DNA from: Xylographa opegraphella
Taxonomy: Eukaryota
DNA: 32,505 nt
Reading direction: 5' to 3'
Assembly (NCBI GenBank): GCA_022813865.1
Contig: JALDZX010000035.1
Location: 186,001 to 218,505 of the forward strand
The first letter of the stretch is position 1. Every line of letters begins with the position of its first letter. The position numbers and the translations under genes were made by a program. Under the pieces are notes generated by a model. The model saw only the letters and a program-made list of their open reading frames with translations. It did no database searches and had not been told where the DNA came from. Of the stretch, positions 22,708-32,505 are shown in pieces.

Positions 22708-23165
22708 CGTGTAGGCAGCACTGCGAGGATCTTTTCTACGGAGCAAGAAATTCAGCCGGACCGGAGCTTGATGGTGGCGTTCTGTCTATACCCTTTGTTT
22801 TGTTTGCTGGCTAGATATCTGGGGAGGGCGGTGGGCGCAGGAATACTCTCCGCAACTGGCATTTCTGCTGACTTCAATACGGCATCCGACAAGAGCACTA
22901 GCTCTTTGTGTGCAGATAGCCTGGGTTAACGTGAGCTGACTTAGCAAGCTTGCACTTAATTAATAGAAGCGAAATAATTCTGTACATTCGTGCGTGGCTC
23001 TCGCCGGCACTTTCATTCAATCCTCTTTTTGCAGTGTTTGATACCCGGCCATCAACCTTCCGCATGTTTGGCAGATGGGCCTACCTCCGTATTTCCAACC
23101 GTGAAACACCGCCGATCCGCCTATCACACCCCTTCCGCGCCACCGGGTCCACCCCGCTAAGCAGG

Positions 23166-23179
23166 CCCCCCCCCCCCCC
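23166..23179. repeat. C14 homopolymer in a C/G-tract-rich segment
   Basis: Read directly in 23161-23180. Confidence 0.9.
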
Positions 23180-23736
23180 TGGCCCGCGCCCTTCTTATCC
23201 CCTTCGGGCGAGGAACGGGGGCTAGGGTGAAGATTCGGGACTTTGGGCCAAAAAGCCCAAGGGGGGTTTTTTGGGGCAAGAAAGGAGTGTGTGTGATAAA
23301 GCCAAATACCTTTGGACTCCCTCAGTCTCCCTCATCTGCAAGCTTCCTTCGCAATCGGACTGTCGTTACTACGAAAGCCGTGCTCCGTTCTTACGCACAG
23401 AAAATTACATTGAGCCAGTCCCATGCGCATCGAAGCAATAGCGAGATAAAGCTCCCCTTCCACCACGCACGGCCGTCGATAACGCAGCTGGGGGCAAGAT
23501 ATCAAGCAAAGCTGGGTGTTTGGGGAAGGGGCAACCCGGGCGAAAAAGAACCACGCACACAAACGACAGAGGCAGAAAACCCCCTCGATAGCACATACGA
23601 TACACCCCATCGCCTACTGCATATCTGCCCACCTTTCGCTCGCTCGCCCTGCAGGCTTTTACCGAGCCCCGGCTGCTGCTGAGTGGGCGGAATTCTACGC
23701 TCAAGGAAGATCCTGGGGGCCCCCCGTTGGTCGAGG

Positions 23737-24808
23737 ATGCAGGACCCGAATAGAATCACGATTACGATTTGCGGTGATGGCGGCTGCGGTGCGTGAGGAC
23801 GTCTTTCTTGATAAACATGGGGGTTATGGGGGATGCTTTCGCTACAAAACGCAGCTAATACTTGGGCGCGGAACAGGTAAATCGTCGATAACGCTGCGGT
23901 TGGTGCGCAGTCAATGGACGCATGAGTGAGCTCCTTCCCTTCTGCGATGACTTTGGATCCCTACCAGGCGAAACAAACTGACCAGACCGCCGCAGATACG
24001 ATCCCACAATCGGTCCGCCCGCCCCCTCTCCGCGCCCCTCCCCTCCACAACCCGACCCCCTCTAACCCTCCTCCCCCCAACCCACAGAAGACTCCTACTC
24101 CGTCACCCGCACCGTCGACGGACAGCCCTACCTCCTCTCCCTCACCGACACCGCCGGCCAAGAAGAGTACCGCTCGCTCTGGGCATCGTCGAACCTGCGC
24201 TCGGACGCCTTCCTGCTGGTGTACGACATCACGTCCCCCGGCTCGCTGCACGACACGCTGCCCTACTTCCTCGGCATGATCGACATGGAGGCCGACAACC
24301 GCGAGGACACGGGCCAGGTGCCGCCCGTCAAGATCGTCGCGGGCAACAAGTGCGACCTCAAGGAGGAGCGCCGCGTCAGCAGCCGCGAGGGCCTCGAGTG
24401 GGCCCGCGCCCGCGGCTGCGGCTTCATGGAGACGAGCGCCAGGGAGTGTGTTAATGTCGAGGAGACGTTTGCGCGTGCGTGTTCTCTCCCTTCCGTTTTT
24501 CCCCACACAGCTTGCTTCCAACCAACCGGATTGAAAACCGCGTATACTAACATCGCCCCTTCACCGGCATAGTCATCGTCCGCCGCGTCGTCGAGGCCCG
24601 CCGCCTACACGCACTGCCTAGGTCGGAAAAAGCAGCAGCCGCCGCCGCCACGGGGCCGCACCACGCGGCCGGGAACTCCTTCTCCCGCACGCAGCCGCTG
24701 ACGCCGCTGAACGAGAAGGGCGCCCCACTCGGCGGCGTGGATGGCGCGGACAGGGAGGGCGGGAAGGTGCGCGGGCGGGCGTGGTGGGCGAAGTTGCGGT
24801 GTTGGTAG
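23737..24808 (+). CDS. Ras-family small GTPase lacking a CAAX box, 246 aa; exons 23737-23788, 23877-23925, 23996-24012, 24088-24474, 24573-24808
   Basis: The spliced product has G1 GDGGCGKS, effector loop YDPTIEDSY, G3 DTAGQEEY, G4 NKCD and G5 ETSA, and ends WWAKLRCW*. 741 nt in frame. Confidence 0.92.
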
Positions 24809-25277
24809 ATGGGGCGGCTTTGTACGAGGATGAGCCCGGGGGGGAGGGGTGGGGGTTGTATATAGCACTCGACATAGACTGTGCTTCGACTAAGTGGGCG
24901 GGGAAAAGCCGGTCTGGGGACTTTTGTATCATCTGCGCAGCCGTCTCTGCCAACGTGGGACGCGATGGACACAGCTAGAGCTTCTCGATGGGGGGGTGTT
25001 TTGGGGAAGTTTCTCTCACGTGTGATTTGCTTCACGGGGAATGGTTTCCCCGAGATCATATATCATCCGTTTTTTTAGTAGTGTGTGTGGTCTGGAGAGA
25101 ATGATGCAGACATAAGGTCTCGTGACTTCGTGGCCCGCTTCTCTACACTGGTGGAGTGGATGCATGCGCGCTCGTCGGAAATGAATATACACCACCACCG
25201 TGCTCTCGCTCGAGCGCGTTGTGATCCGCGTCGAGACCATACAGCTGCCTGGCCTCGACGCACCCTACCTCAGGTCC

Positions 25278-26232
25278 TCACTTGCTCACCTTCCCACCCC
25301 GCGCGGCCTTGCCGCCTCCCATCGCGGCCTCCCTCTTCCGCCGCTCCTTCTCGTCCATCTCGCCCAGCCTCTTCTTCTCCTCCTCGTCCTTGCCCTCCTT
25401 CTCCGCCTTCTTCCTCGCCGCCTCCACCTCCCGCTTCTCCCGTATCAGCGCCAAGCGCGCGAGGTCGGCCTTTGCCTCGTCCGTCTTGCCTTCGGCGTGC
25501 AGTTTCTGGTACCGCTCCTTCGCCTGCTGCGCCTGGAGGGCCTCCCTCTCGCGGCGCGATAGCTGGCTCATCGGCGTCTGCTTGCCGCCCTTGGCCGTGC
25601 CCGCCGCCGCTGCCTTCTCCGCCGCGGCCGCGGGGTCCACGGGCGCCGCGCTGGCTTGGCTGCGCGACTTGGCGGTGTGATTCGGGTTCGCGGGCATGTC
25701 GTCGTCGGCGTCGTCGGAGTCGTCCGAGGACGAGGATTCAGAGGATGGCAGGTCGCCTGGGGCGGTCACTTTCTTGGATTTGCGCGCGATGGCGGCTTCT
25801 TTTTTGGCTTTGACCTGCGCGCGGCGTTGCTCCCGCGTGAGGGTCTCGCTCGTGGATGGGCCGTCGGAGGCGGAGGATTCTTCGTCGGAGGAGTCTTCGT
25901 CGGAGGAGGAAGGGATGTTTTTGGCGTCACGGGCCTCCTGTTGGGAGAAGTTAGTAAGATGGTCGGACTTGTATTGTAAAGTGTAGAGGAAGGCTGGTAT
26001 GAAGGAGTGTGCAGAATGATTATTGGAGGTGAAAGACTTACTCCCCACATTCCTACTGGATTGCCATCGGCGTCGAGGGGAGTCAAGTTCTTGCTAAAGT
26101 GTTTCCCGCCTGGTAGCAGTGGAACATTAGTATCACCCACTACCTTGAGCGGTAACAGAGTAACGGTTGCTCACCTCCTCGAGTAGGCTTGCCAAACTTT
26201 CCACCACGACCTCTGCCTCCTGGGGGTGGCAT
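25278..26232 (-). CDS. PDAP1: PP28/PDAP1 (28 kDa heat- and acid-stable phosphoprotein) family, 261 aa; exons 26232-26175, 26109-26042, 25937-25278
   Basis: [45 protein letters not shown] signature, RGG-rich start and acidic Ser tracts. 786 nt in frame. Confidence 0.9.
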
Positions 26233-27240
26233 GTCTCGTTGCAAATGCTTCGACGGCTTCTGAGTCCTAGTTTTGTTCGAGGGAGCTGTAGATGGACTGA
26301 ACCGAACGGGTGGACTTGTTGCCAAAGCAGAGATAATCACTTCCGAACAAAGCCCAGGTCAACAAGCAAAACCCAGTCCAATCGTGATTGCAGTCTATCC
26401 GCTCGTTACTCGTATGACACACAACGAAGATTAAACGTCCCGCTTCCAGTCTTCTTCTTCCCCTCCACACGCCATTCCCGCTGTCTACCTCGCTAAACTC
26501 CATCCAGACTAGCCCTAATTTGTCGAACTATGCAATCCAAATTCTCTCTCCTTGGTCCTGCTTTTCCTTTCTTTACATAAAACGTACCCCTTCATATTCA
26601 CTCTGGCTTTTCCCGCCTTGCGGCACACATGGGTAGTCTTGGAGGGGAAAGTGGAGGGAAGATTGAGAGATCTTTTTTCTTATGGACGCTGACACTTACC
26701 CCCCGGCTTTGCAGTGCTGACATGAGGTTGGGGAAATATATTCGGCGAGACAATTTAGGTGTGGATGGCGGTTATTGCTTTGCGCGGAAGCTGGGAACAT
26801 TGCTCTGTCGCAGTTTACGTGTCCTACTGGATACTGGACTATCTACTTTGTTTGTTAGGCAGTGTTTTGAGTTGGTCTCTGTGGTATTAGCAAGCTATTT
26901 CTCGATATTCTTTACCTATTCTAGCTCCTCTCAGCAGGTTTCTATCTCATAGCCATGGTATACCATTCACTAAAATACCTTATTATTAGATAGTACGTGG
27001 TGAGGAAGTTCTATAGCGTTCATGTGACTCATATGATACAATCCATGATGGAGAGCACTTCGAAATACTCCAGTTGGCTCACTAATGCTACAGATTTTGT
27101 TACACGCTTAACCGCCGTCAGGATGTACAATGCTGCTCTCTAACATCAAAGATACGCTCAACGCTAGTAACTTCCGTGCCCGGTTATTTTCACTCCATAT
27201 TCTGTTCGGGTGACCTGTAAGTCGTGCCGTTGAAGTGCCG

Positions 27241-27894
27241 TTAAGAGGTCATCTCGTTCGCCTTGGCCTTGGCCTCACCCTTCATTTCAGCCATGTTGCC
27301 TTTGGCCTGTCCAGCGACTTCCTGAGCCTTGCCTTTGGCCTCGCCGACCATCTCAGAAGCCGAACCAGAGCTGCTGCTACTTGTCTCGTTCATCGCCCCT
27401 TTGGCCTTACCGACCATTTCCGAGGCCGAACCCGAGGCGCTACCACTTGTCTCGTTCATCGCACCTTTGGCTTTGCCAGTCATCTCCGAAGCGGTCCCCT
27501 CGGCCTTTCTAGCGTTGACACCGGCTGCATGTCGGGCGGCTTCTGCTGCTTCTTCTGTTGGAAGAAATGATGTCAGTCACTGTGGAATCTATGCAGGAGA
27601 TAATCGACGCTGAGGATTATTCGAAATGAAGTAGGAAGAGCAAGATGAGTTGTCAAAGATCTGAGTGTGAAAAGAACATGAGGGAAGAGTCATCCACGTA
27701 CGGCCTTTCTCGATTCCCTTTACCGCTGCACCGGAAACAGTTCGATCAATAGACTTCAGGGTGTCTTTCGCAGCATCTAGGGTGGAGTCGACGGCGGATT
27801 TTTGAGAGCGGAGGGCGGTAGAGAATGCAGCTCGCGGAGTGGTGAAGCGGAGGGTGCGAAGAGTGGTTGTAGATGTTCGCGTGAGGAAAGACAT
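27241..27894 (-). CDS. LEA-domain (hydrophilin) protein with mitochondrial-type presequence, 168 aa; exons 27894-27702, 27554-27241
   Basis: The Arg/Ser/Thr-rich N-terminus has no acidic residues (MSFLTRTSTTTLRTLRFTTPRAAFSTALRSQK). It is followed by AKDTLKSIDRTVSGAAVKGIEKG and A/K/E/G/S-rich 11/22-residue repeats. GTACGT..CAG intron; 507 nt in frame. Confidence 0.85.
27325..27489 (-). repeat. 66-bp coding tandem repeat (2.5 copies) in the LEA-like gene
   Basis: SEMTGKAKGAMNETSGSASGSA / SEMVGKAKGAMNETSSSSSGSA / SEMVGEAKGKA. At DNA level CTTGTCTCGTTCATCGC recurs 66 bp apart. Confidence 0.9.
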
Positions 27895-28680
27895 TGTGGA
27901 AGTTGATGTTATGTAGGGATCTCTGAGGCAAACTAGTCAAGCTTTATGTTCAGAGATTTCTGTTATATGTTTGAGAATGTTTTTGGGATGAGATCGAATG
28001 AGTTGCTGATGAAGTTGAGTTTTGAGCACACGCAGAAGGGGGCGTGTCGCCCACTGGCTAGCTGCAGTTACTTCACTTCGACGTCACTCGTGACAGGGAT
28101 CAGGTAGCTCTTTGGCGCTAGGCAATGAGGTTCTCCCGGAGACCGAGTAAGGTTGTGGGTGTATCTCACCTCGTGCTGCCCGTGTAGGATATGGCTCATC
28201 TACAAGACTTCTGGCCATGAAGCCAGACGTCTCATTCACATCTGCCTCTTATCCAAACCTATTCCTCCTGCAGCCTGCGCTATCGTTGGATTCACTTCTA
28301 AGATAAATGCCTCGAGTCACAAGGACGAGACTTCGCCCTGCCGATACGCTTGCAGCCTCGTTGTGCTGGTCTAGGTGAATACCGGTGACCAAGTGTGAAC
28401 TTATAACTTTGACCATAAAGCGAGTTCTGAATTCAGTTTCAATCTTGCACTGCTAGTCTACCAGGCTCCAGTGATATAAATGTTCATATCATACCTGTGA
28501 AGACGCTCCATCACTACGCCCATCAAAGCGCCTTGTGCACAGCCACCTCAGACTGTTTCCGGTAGTGAATCACAAGGAGGATGCGCAACGTCAACGCTTT
28601 CAATTGCTAGTATTAATGAGCGATATGCTTTCCACAGTATCAATCAATTCTTCCATCTTTCTCAACTTCGATACTTGATC

Positions 28681-30153
28681 ATGTTTGAGCTTCCCCATGG
28701 CCTTGCGCGCACGAAGAACTTGCGCGAATCTCTACGCCTTGATACGCAGAACGTGGCCCTGGATCACAACGGTGAAGAATTGGAGGGTATTGGACGTGCG
28801 AAACTGTTTGCTTTGAACGATTTGGATGCTGTAAATCTCTTCGGCGCCACGTTTGCACCAGAACTCAGCAGCCTCAAAAATGCTGCTCCAACAGTCGAGT
28901 CGAGCCCTATCAAGACGACTGAGGAATTCGGTCCATTCCCATCACAGCTACTCTTCCACGAGGACTACGCCGAGGTCAACCGGACGATCGTGGGTATGCT
29001 TGCGTTGAAATGGCTAGTGGCTGGAGACTATGATGCATTTACTGGCCAGCAATTCCCTGCCGCAAAATTACGGCGAGAATCCTTCGATCAGCTTCGAGAA
29101 CTATTCATGTCAGGACTCAAGACCGAGGACGATGTTTACGCTCTGCTTGTTGCAACAGTCGTGAATGATTTGGGAAAAGACCCTGATATGCCAGAGAAGG
29201 CTATCCAATTTCTACAGGACTATCCGCCGAACCCGAATCATGACATGGTTGTCTACATTGCTGCCAAGCATGGCATGCTTCCTCTCATCAATGAGTCCGA
29301 AGGGACCGCGTCGCACCAGAAGCTCATGCAAGGTCTTCTTTTTGGCTCTGAAGTTAATATTGCCCAGCTTGCTCAAGCGGAAAGTGCTCCCAGTACGTTG
29401 AGGCATGTGAAGGAGATTATGGCTGGCCAAGAACACGCGTTCACTCTGAAATTCATGGAACTGATACTCGATGTGGCGGGTGCCGACGGTCACCACGATG
29501 CTCGGTGTGCGAAGCCCATGATCGAGCCAGTCTTCCAAGGGTACATGGTGGCCCGACAAGCACTGATGGACATTGTGCAAGACAAGTGCTCAGCTCGCGA
29601 AGGTTACGATCAAGTGCTTTGTCATCGAGCTCGCCTACTGGCCAAGAATGGCTTCACGGCCTTGTCTGTGCACGATCCATATGAGCGGGCTTTACTTCGA
29701 CTCGTTACAATGGGCCGTACAACCACAAAGGACCAGGCTTCGTGGTTCGATCAAGCGTTTCGGAGTCTATCTTATCGAGTTCGACAAGCTCTCAGCCAGG
29801 GCCTCAATGTTGACGGTATCGATGATGGTGTGGCCATTATCCCGTATTACATGCCCGCTCTTTTTTCGGAAACACTCAAAACGACGAGCAAGTCCTCAGC
29901 GGACGGGAAAGTCACGGCTCTTGCGAGCCTCATGCGGTTCCTCGCTCGTATATTTGCTGGTACAAAACCTGTTCCCGGAGCGAAGAGCGAGGTGATCGAA
30001 TGCAGCGTTGCGTTCGCGCAACACGTTATCAAGAGCCAAGACTTCAAGAACAATCCGAACATTTTGGATGACCTAGTGATCCCAGAGGCTTCTCGTTATG
30101 TTTCTGCTGTAAAGGTGGGTAGTAATGACTCTATTAACGGAAAAAAGGCCTAA
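28681..30153 (+). CDS. Intronless uncharacterised protein, 490 aa, with an HD-like NDLGK motif
   Basis: Uninterrupted 1473-nt ORF with globular composition and motifs EVNRT, VVNDLGKDP, NHD, QLAQAE and LDVAGADGH. Function not recognised. Confidence 0.8.
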   Translation: MFELPHGLARTKNLRESLRLDTQNVALDHNGEELEGIGRAKLFALNDLDAVNLFGATFAPELSSLKNAAPTVESSPIKTTEEFGPFPSQLLFHEDYAEVNRTIVGMLALKWLVAGDYDAFTGQQFPAAKLRRESFDQLRELFMSGLKTEDDVYALLVATVVNDLGKDPDMPEKAIQFLQDYPPNPNHDMVVYIAAKHGMLPLINESEGTASHQKLMQGLLFGSEVNIAQLAQAESAPSTLRHVKEIMAGQEHAFTLKFMELILDVAGADGHHDARCAKPMIEPVFQGYMVARQALMDIVQDKCSAREGYDQVLCHRARLLAKNGFTALSVHDPYERALLRLVTMGRTTTKDQASWFDQAFRSLSYRVRQALSQGLNVDGIDDGVAIIPYYMPALFSETLKTTSKSSADGKVTALASLMRFLARIFAGTKPVPGAKSEVIECSVAFAQHVIKSQDFKNNPNILDDLVIPEASRYVSAVKVGSNDSINGKKA

Positions 30154-30784
30154 ATTTCTGATCGGTTCTTCAGAGCTCAAAGATTTCCGGGCTTCTCGGT
30201 TTGTCGTCAAAGGTTTGGTTCAGCATTCGTAGCATGCTAGGCGTCAGCAGCTGATCGTACAATATCAAGCTTTAGAATGCTATCGCCTCCGGACTTCTTT
30301 TTGGAACAATAAGCGTGCTTGTATTATTGCTTGTTATGAGACATGACAAGAATCTACTCCTGCAAGGGGTAGTGTGCTGTCACTTTGTTGGAGCCACTTC
30401 GGCTCTTGCTCTTCATTCCAGTCTCAGTATCGTGGATGAGACGGCCATCAATGGTTCGGAATCTACAGAATTGCTTGGACTAGAGAATACGAGTCGTGCG
30501 AGACTTTATGGAGTCAAGTCAAGAAGGTCCACGGGGAAGCATTTTGAACTCGACTGGCAAAGGGCGGGAGCGTGCTGTAGGATGACTTTGTCTTTACTTT
30601 GTGTCCATAGAACACTGTGTTAATTATGTACGATAGATATCTGGCTAATATAATGGAGCATATACAACTATCCTCTAAAAGGGCGTGAAGATCGAGTTAT
30701 TATGTCACGATGCTATCGACAGCAGTGTAAGCCTCCCTGGGTGATCTCGTGTGAGAAGTTCATTGCCAATCTATTCAGACTCAT

Positions 30785-31777
30785 TCATATCTTCCAATTG
30801 TTCCCCCGCACCGGCGCGAAGAGCTCATCCACAGGCACCACTTTCTCTATCAACGACTGATCATACAAGCATTGCACCAAAGCCGTCAGCGTCTTCCTGT
30901 TCGCTTCCATGCCATACGGCCACGGATCGTGGCCAAACACTTCATCGATATCATCGATCTCCGACGGCAGCCACGGCAGCATGTACCGCAAGGCGCCCAT
31001 GAACCGCATCCGATTCAGCGCCAGATCCTTGGACTCGTTGAAAGCATTGTACAGACTCGTCGCGATGAACGGATACTTGTCGTACAGCTCCCGGCGTATC
31101 ACGACCGTGTGCATGATCGGAAAGATGCCGTGCTCCTTGTAGTACCGCTTCTCCACGGCCTTGAAATCGGGAAACAGACGCTTGACGTGCGGCGCCTTGC
31201 CAAAGCACGGCGGCAGGTCCGCCCCGATGGTTGCGTCGATCTCGCCGTCCTCCAGCAGCTGGCTCAGCGACTTGCCGCTCGTGTTCCTGCTGATCTTGAC
31301 CGGCCGCCGCACCGGCAACACGGTCGGCTTCCCATGCGCGCCGGACGTCTCCATCGCGCCCTCCACCCACTCGATAGTACTGAGATCGACACCCTCCTGC
31401 TGCAGCAGGCCGCGAATCCACACAGCGGCCGTCATGGTGTACAGCTGCACGCCGACGCGCTTGCCCTCGAGGTCCTTGGGCCCTGCGACGGTGCGGTCGT
31501 TTACGGCGATGAAGCTGTGGCGGAAGGCACGCGAGGGGAACACGGGGATGGCGATGAGGTCCCGCTCGCCGGCCGCGTGCCGCGTCGTGTACTCCGACAT
31601 GGACATCTCCGACGCGTCGAACTCGCGCCCGCCGATCATCCGGTCGAAGACGTCCCGCGGGTGGTTGATCGTGATGAAGTTGAGCGCGAGGCCTTCGGGC
31701 TTGACTTCCCCGCTGGCGAGGGCGAGCATGCGGTCGTAGGCGGCGCACGCGAAGGTGAGGGGGAGGGCGGAGGTCAT
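30785..31777 (-). CDS. 4,5-dihydroxyphthalate decarboxylase-like protein (Pht5/OphC family, periplasmic-binding-protein-II-like fold), 330 aa, intronless
   Basis: Family motifs along the full length: YDRMLAL, FDASEMSMSEY, IPVFPSRAFRHS, GKRVGVQLYTMTAAVWIRG, GEIDA, IFPIMHTVVIRREL, DPWPYGMEANRKTL and VDELF. No signal peptide. Confidence 0.88.
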   Translation of the reverse strand: MTSALPLTFACAAYDRMLALASGEVKPEGLALNFITINHPRDVFDRMIGGREFDASEMSMSEYTTRHAAGERDLIAIPVFPSRAFRHSFIAVNDRTVAGPKDLEGKRVGVQLYTMTAAVWIRGLLQQEGVDLSTIEWVEGAMETSGAHGKPTVLPVRRPVKISRNTSGKSLSQLLEDGEIDATIGADLPPCFGKAPHVKRLFPDFKAVEKRYYKEHGIFPIMHTVVIRRELYDKYPFIATSLYNAFNESKDLALNRMRFMGALRYMLPWLPSEIDDIDEVFGHDPWPYGMEANRKTLTALVQCLYDQSLIEKVVPVDELFAPVRGNNWKI

Positions 31778-32002
31778 GCTGGGCGGGTTAGGAGGCGCGG
31801 AGTTGGTCTGGGGATGATGGGGTCGCGGAGAGGGTTCTCAGCTGTGAGCAGGCAGTTGGGAGTCGCGTGTTTCAGCTGGGCTTGACTGAGCACTCTTTGG
31901 TATTCGGAGATGTTCTGGGAGCACTCTGCAAATAATGTCATTCCCAGATGGCCTTCCCCGCCAAGCTACGTCTTCTAGTTACTGATGTAACGTCCGTCCC
32001 TG

Positions 32003-32030
32003 CGTGCCGAGACGCCCGCCGTGCCGAGAC
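32003..32030. promoter_or_regulatory. 11-bp direct repeat CGTGCCGAGAC-N6-CGTGCCGAGAC upstream of the decarboxylase-like gene
   Basis: The repeat is read directly at 32003-32013 and 32020-32030. A regulatory role is inferred only from its position and CCG/CGG triplets. Confidence 0.4.
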
Positions 32031-32505
32031 ATATAAGGGGTACTTTGACTTCAACCAGATCATAGTCTACGCCTTTTGCATTTCCTATCGTGACGATATA
32101 TGAAAGATGTACTGCAACTACTCCCGAACATCTAAGATGCCTTGAATCCAAATATTACACTGGGCGGCGTCGCTTCTTTACCTGATATACAAAAAGCCTC
32201 CTTGTATAGTAGACTAGTGTCGCTTCACTACAGCGCCACTCTGAAGCTTAAATCATTTATTAAACTTACAGGACGATTCTGTCCGAGTTTTAAAACGACA
32301 CTGCAATGCTGAAATATCATTATCAGTCCAGGGTCTGCTGTAGCAGACAGCTTAACGTAAGATCGCCACGTCAGGGGTACTTCCGACCGCCTAACACGAG
32401 AACCCCGCACGTTTCATAAAATAGTTACAGTAATATTTACCAGTTGTAATCAAATACGCCGGGCCGATAGCTGTCCGCCATGTGGCTGTGCAAAACCGTA
32501 TTAGC

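Noticed and set aside
23227..23929. ORFs of 85-151 aa upstream of and overlapping the Ras gene start
   Set aside because: No motifs. The Ras frame has a stop shortly upstream of ATG 23737, and these ORFs cross introns.
25085..25986. Plus-strand ORFs opposite PDAP1
   Set aside because: Antisense shadows of a GC-rich, low-complexity coding strand.
5315..26232. Functional gene cluster (two vesicle tethers, several mitochondrial genes, wc-1 with a ligase)
   Set aside because: Unrelated housekeeping functions with no shared motif seen; ordinary synteny is sufficient.
30872..31885. 337-aa plus-strand ORF opposite the decarboxylase-like gene
   Set aside because: Typical antisense shadow of high-GC3 coding sequence; the minus-strand frame carries all the family motifs.
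1..32505. CRISPR arrays, rRNA, intact tRNA genes, transposase/RT genes, TPP riboswitch
   Set aside because: No diagnostic sequence for any of these was seen.

Overview
Gene-dense nuclear DNA of a filamentous ascomycete (Pezizomycotina; class not determinable), judged from short GT-AG introns with CTRAY branch sites and fungal-type proteins. I spliced exon models by hand, and every complete model closes in frame. In order: 3' end of an unidentified gene (+), CaM kinase CmkB (-), AMMECR1-domain protein (-), COG3 (-), mitochondrial uS2m/MRP4 (+), YMC1-like mitochondrial carrier (-), an unexplained ~1.9 kb gap, TIP20/RINT-1 (-), a DNA ligase I paralog (+), the blue-light receptor White Collar-1 (+), a non-CAAX Ras-like GTPase (+), PDAP1/PP28 (-), a mitochondrial LEA-like protein (-), an intronless protein with an HD-like motif (+) and an intronless bacterial-type 4,5-dihydroxyphthalate decarboxylase homolog (-). 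The two most intriguing unexplained signals are non-coding. One is a ~780-nt segment (819-1592) that folds on the minus strand into nested long helices and ends in an Sm-like site. The other is a 630-bp repeat-bounded element (12116-12745) carrying tRNA-like halves in permuted order (B box before A box). All folds were found by eye; no searches or folding programs were run.
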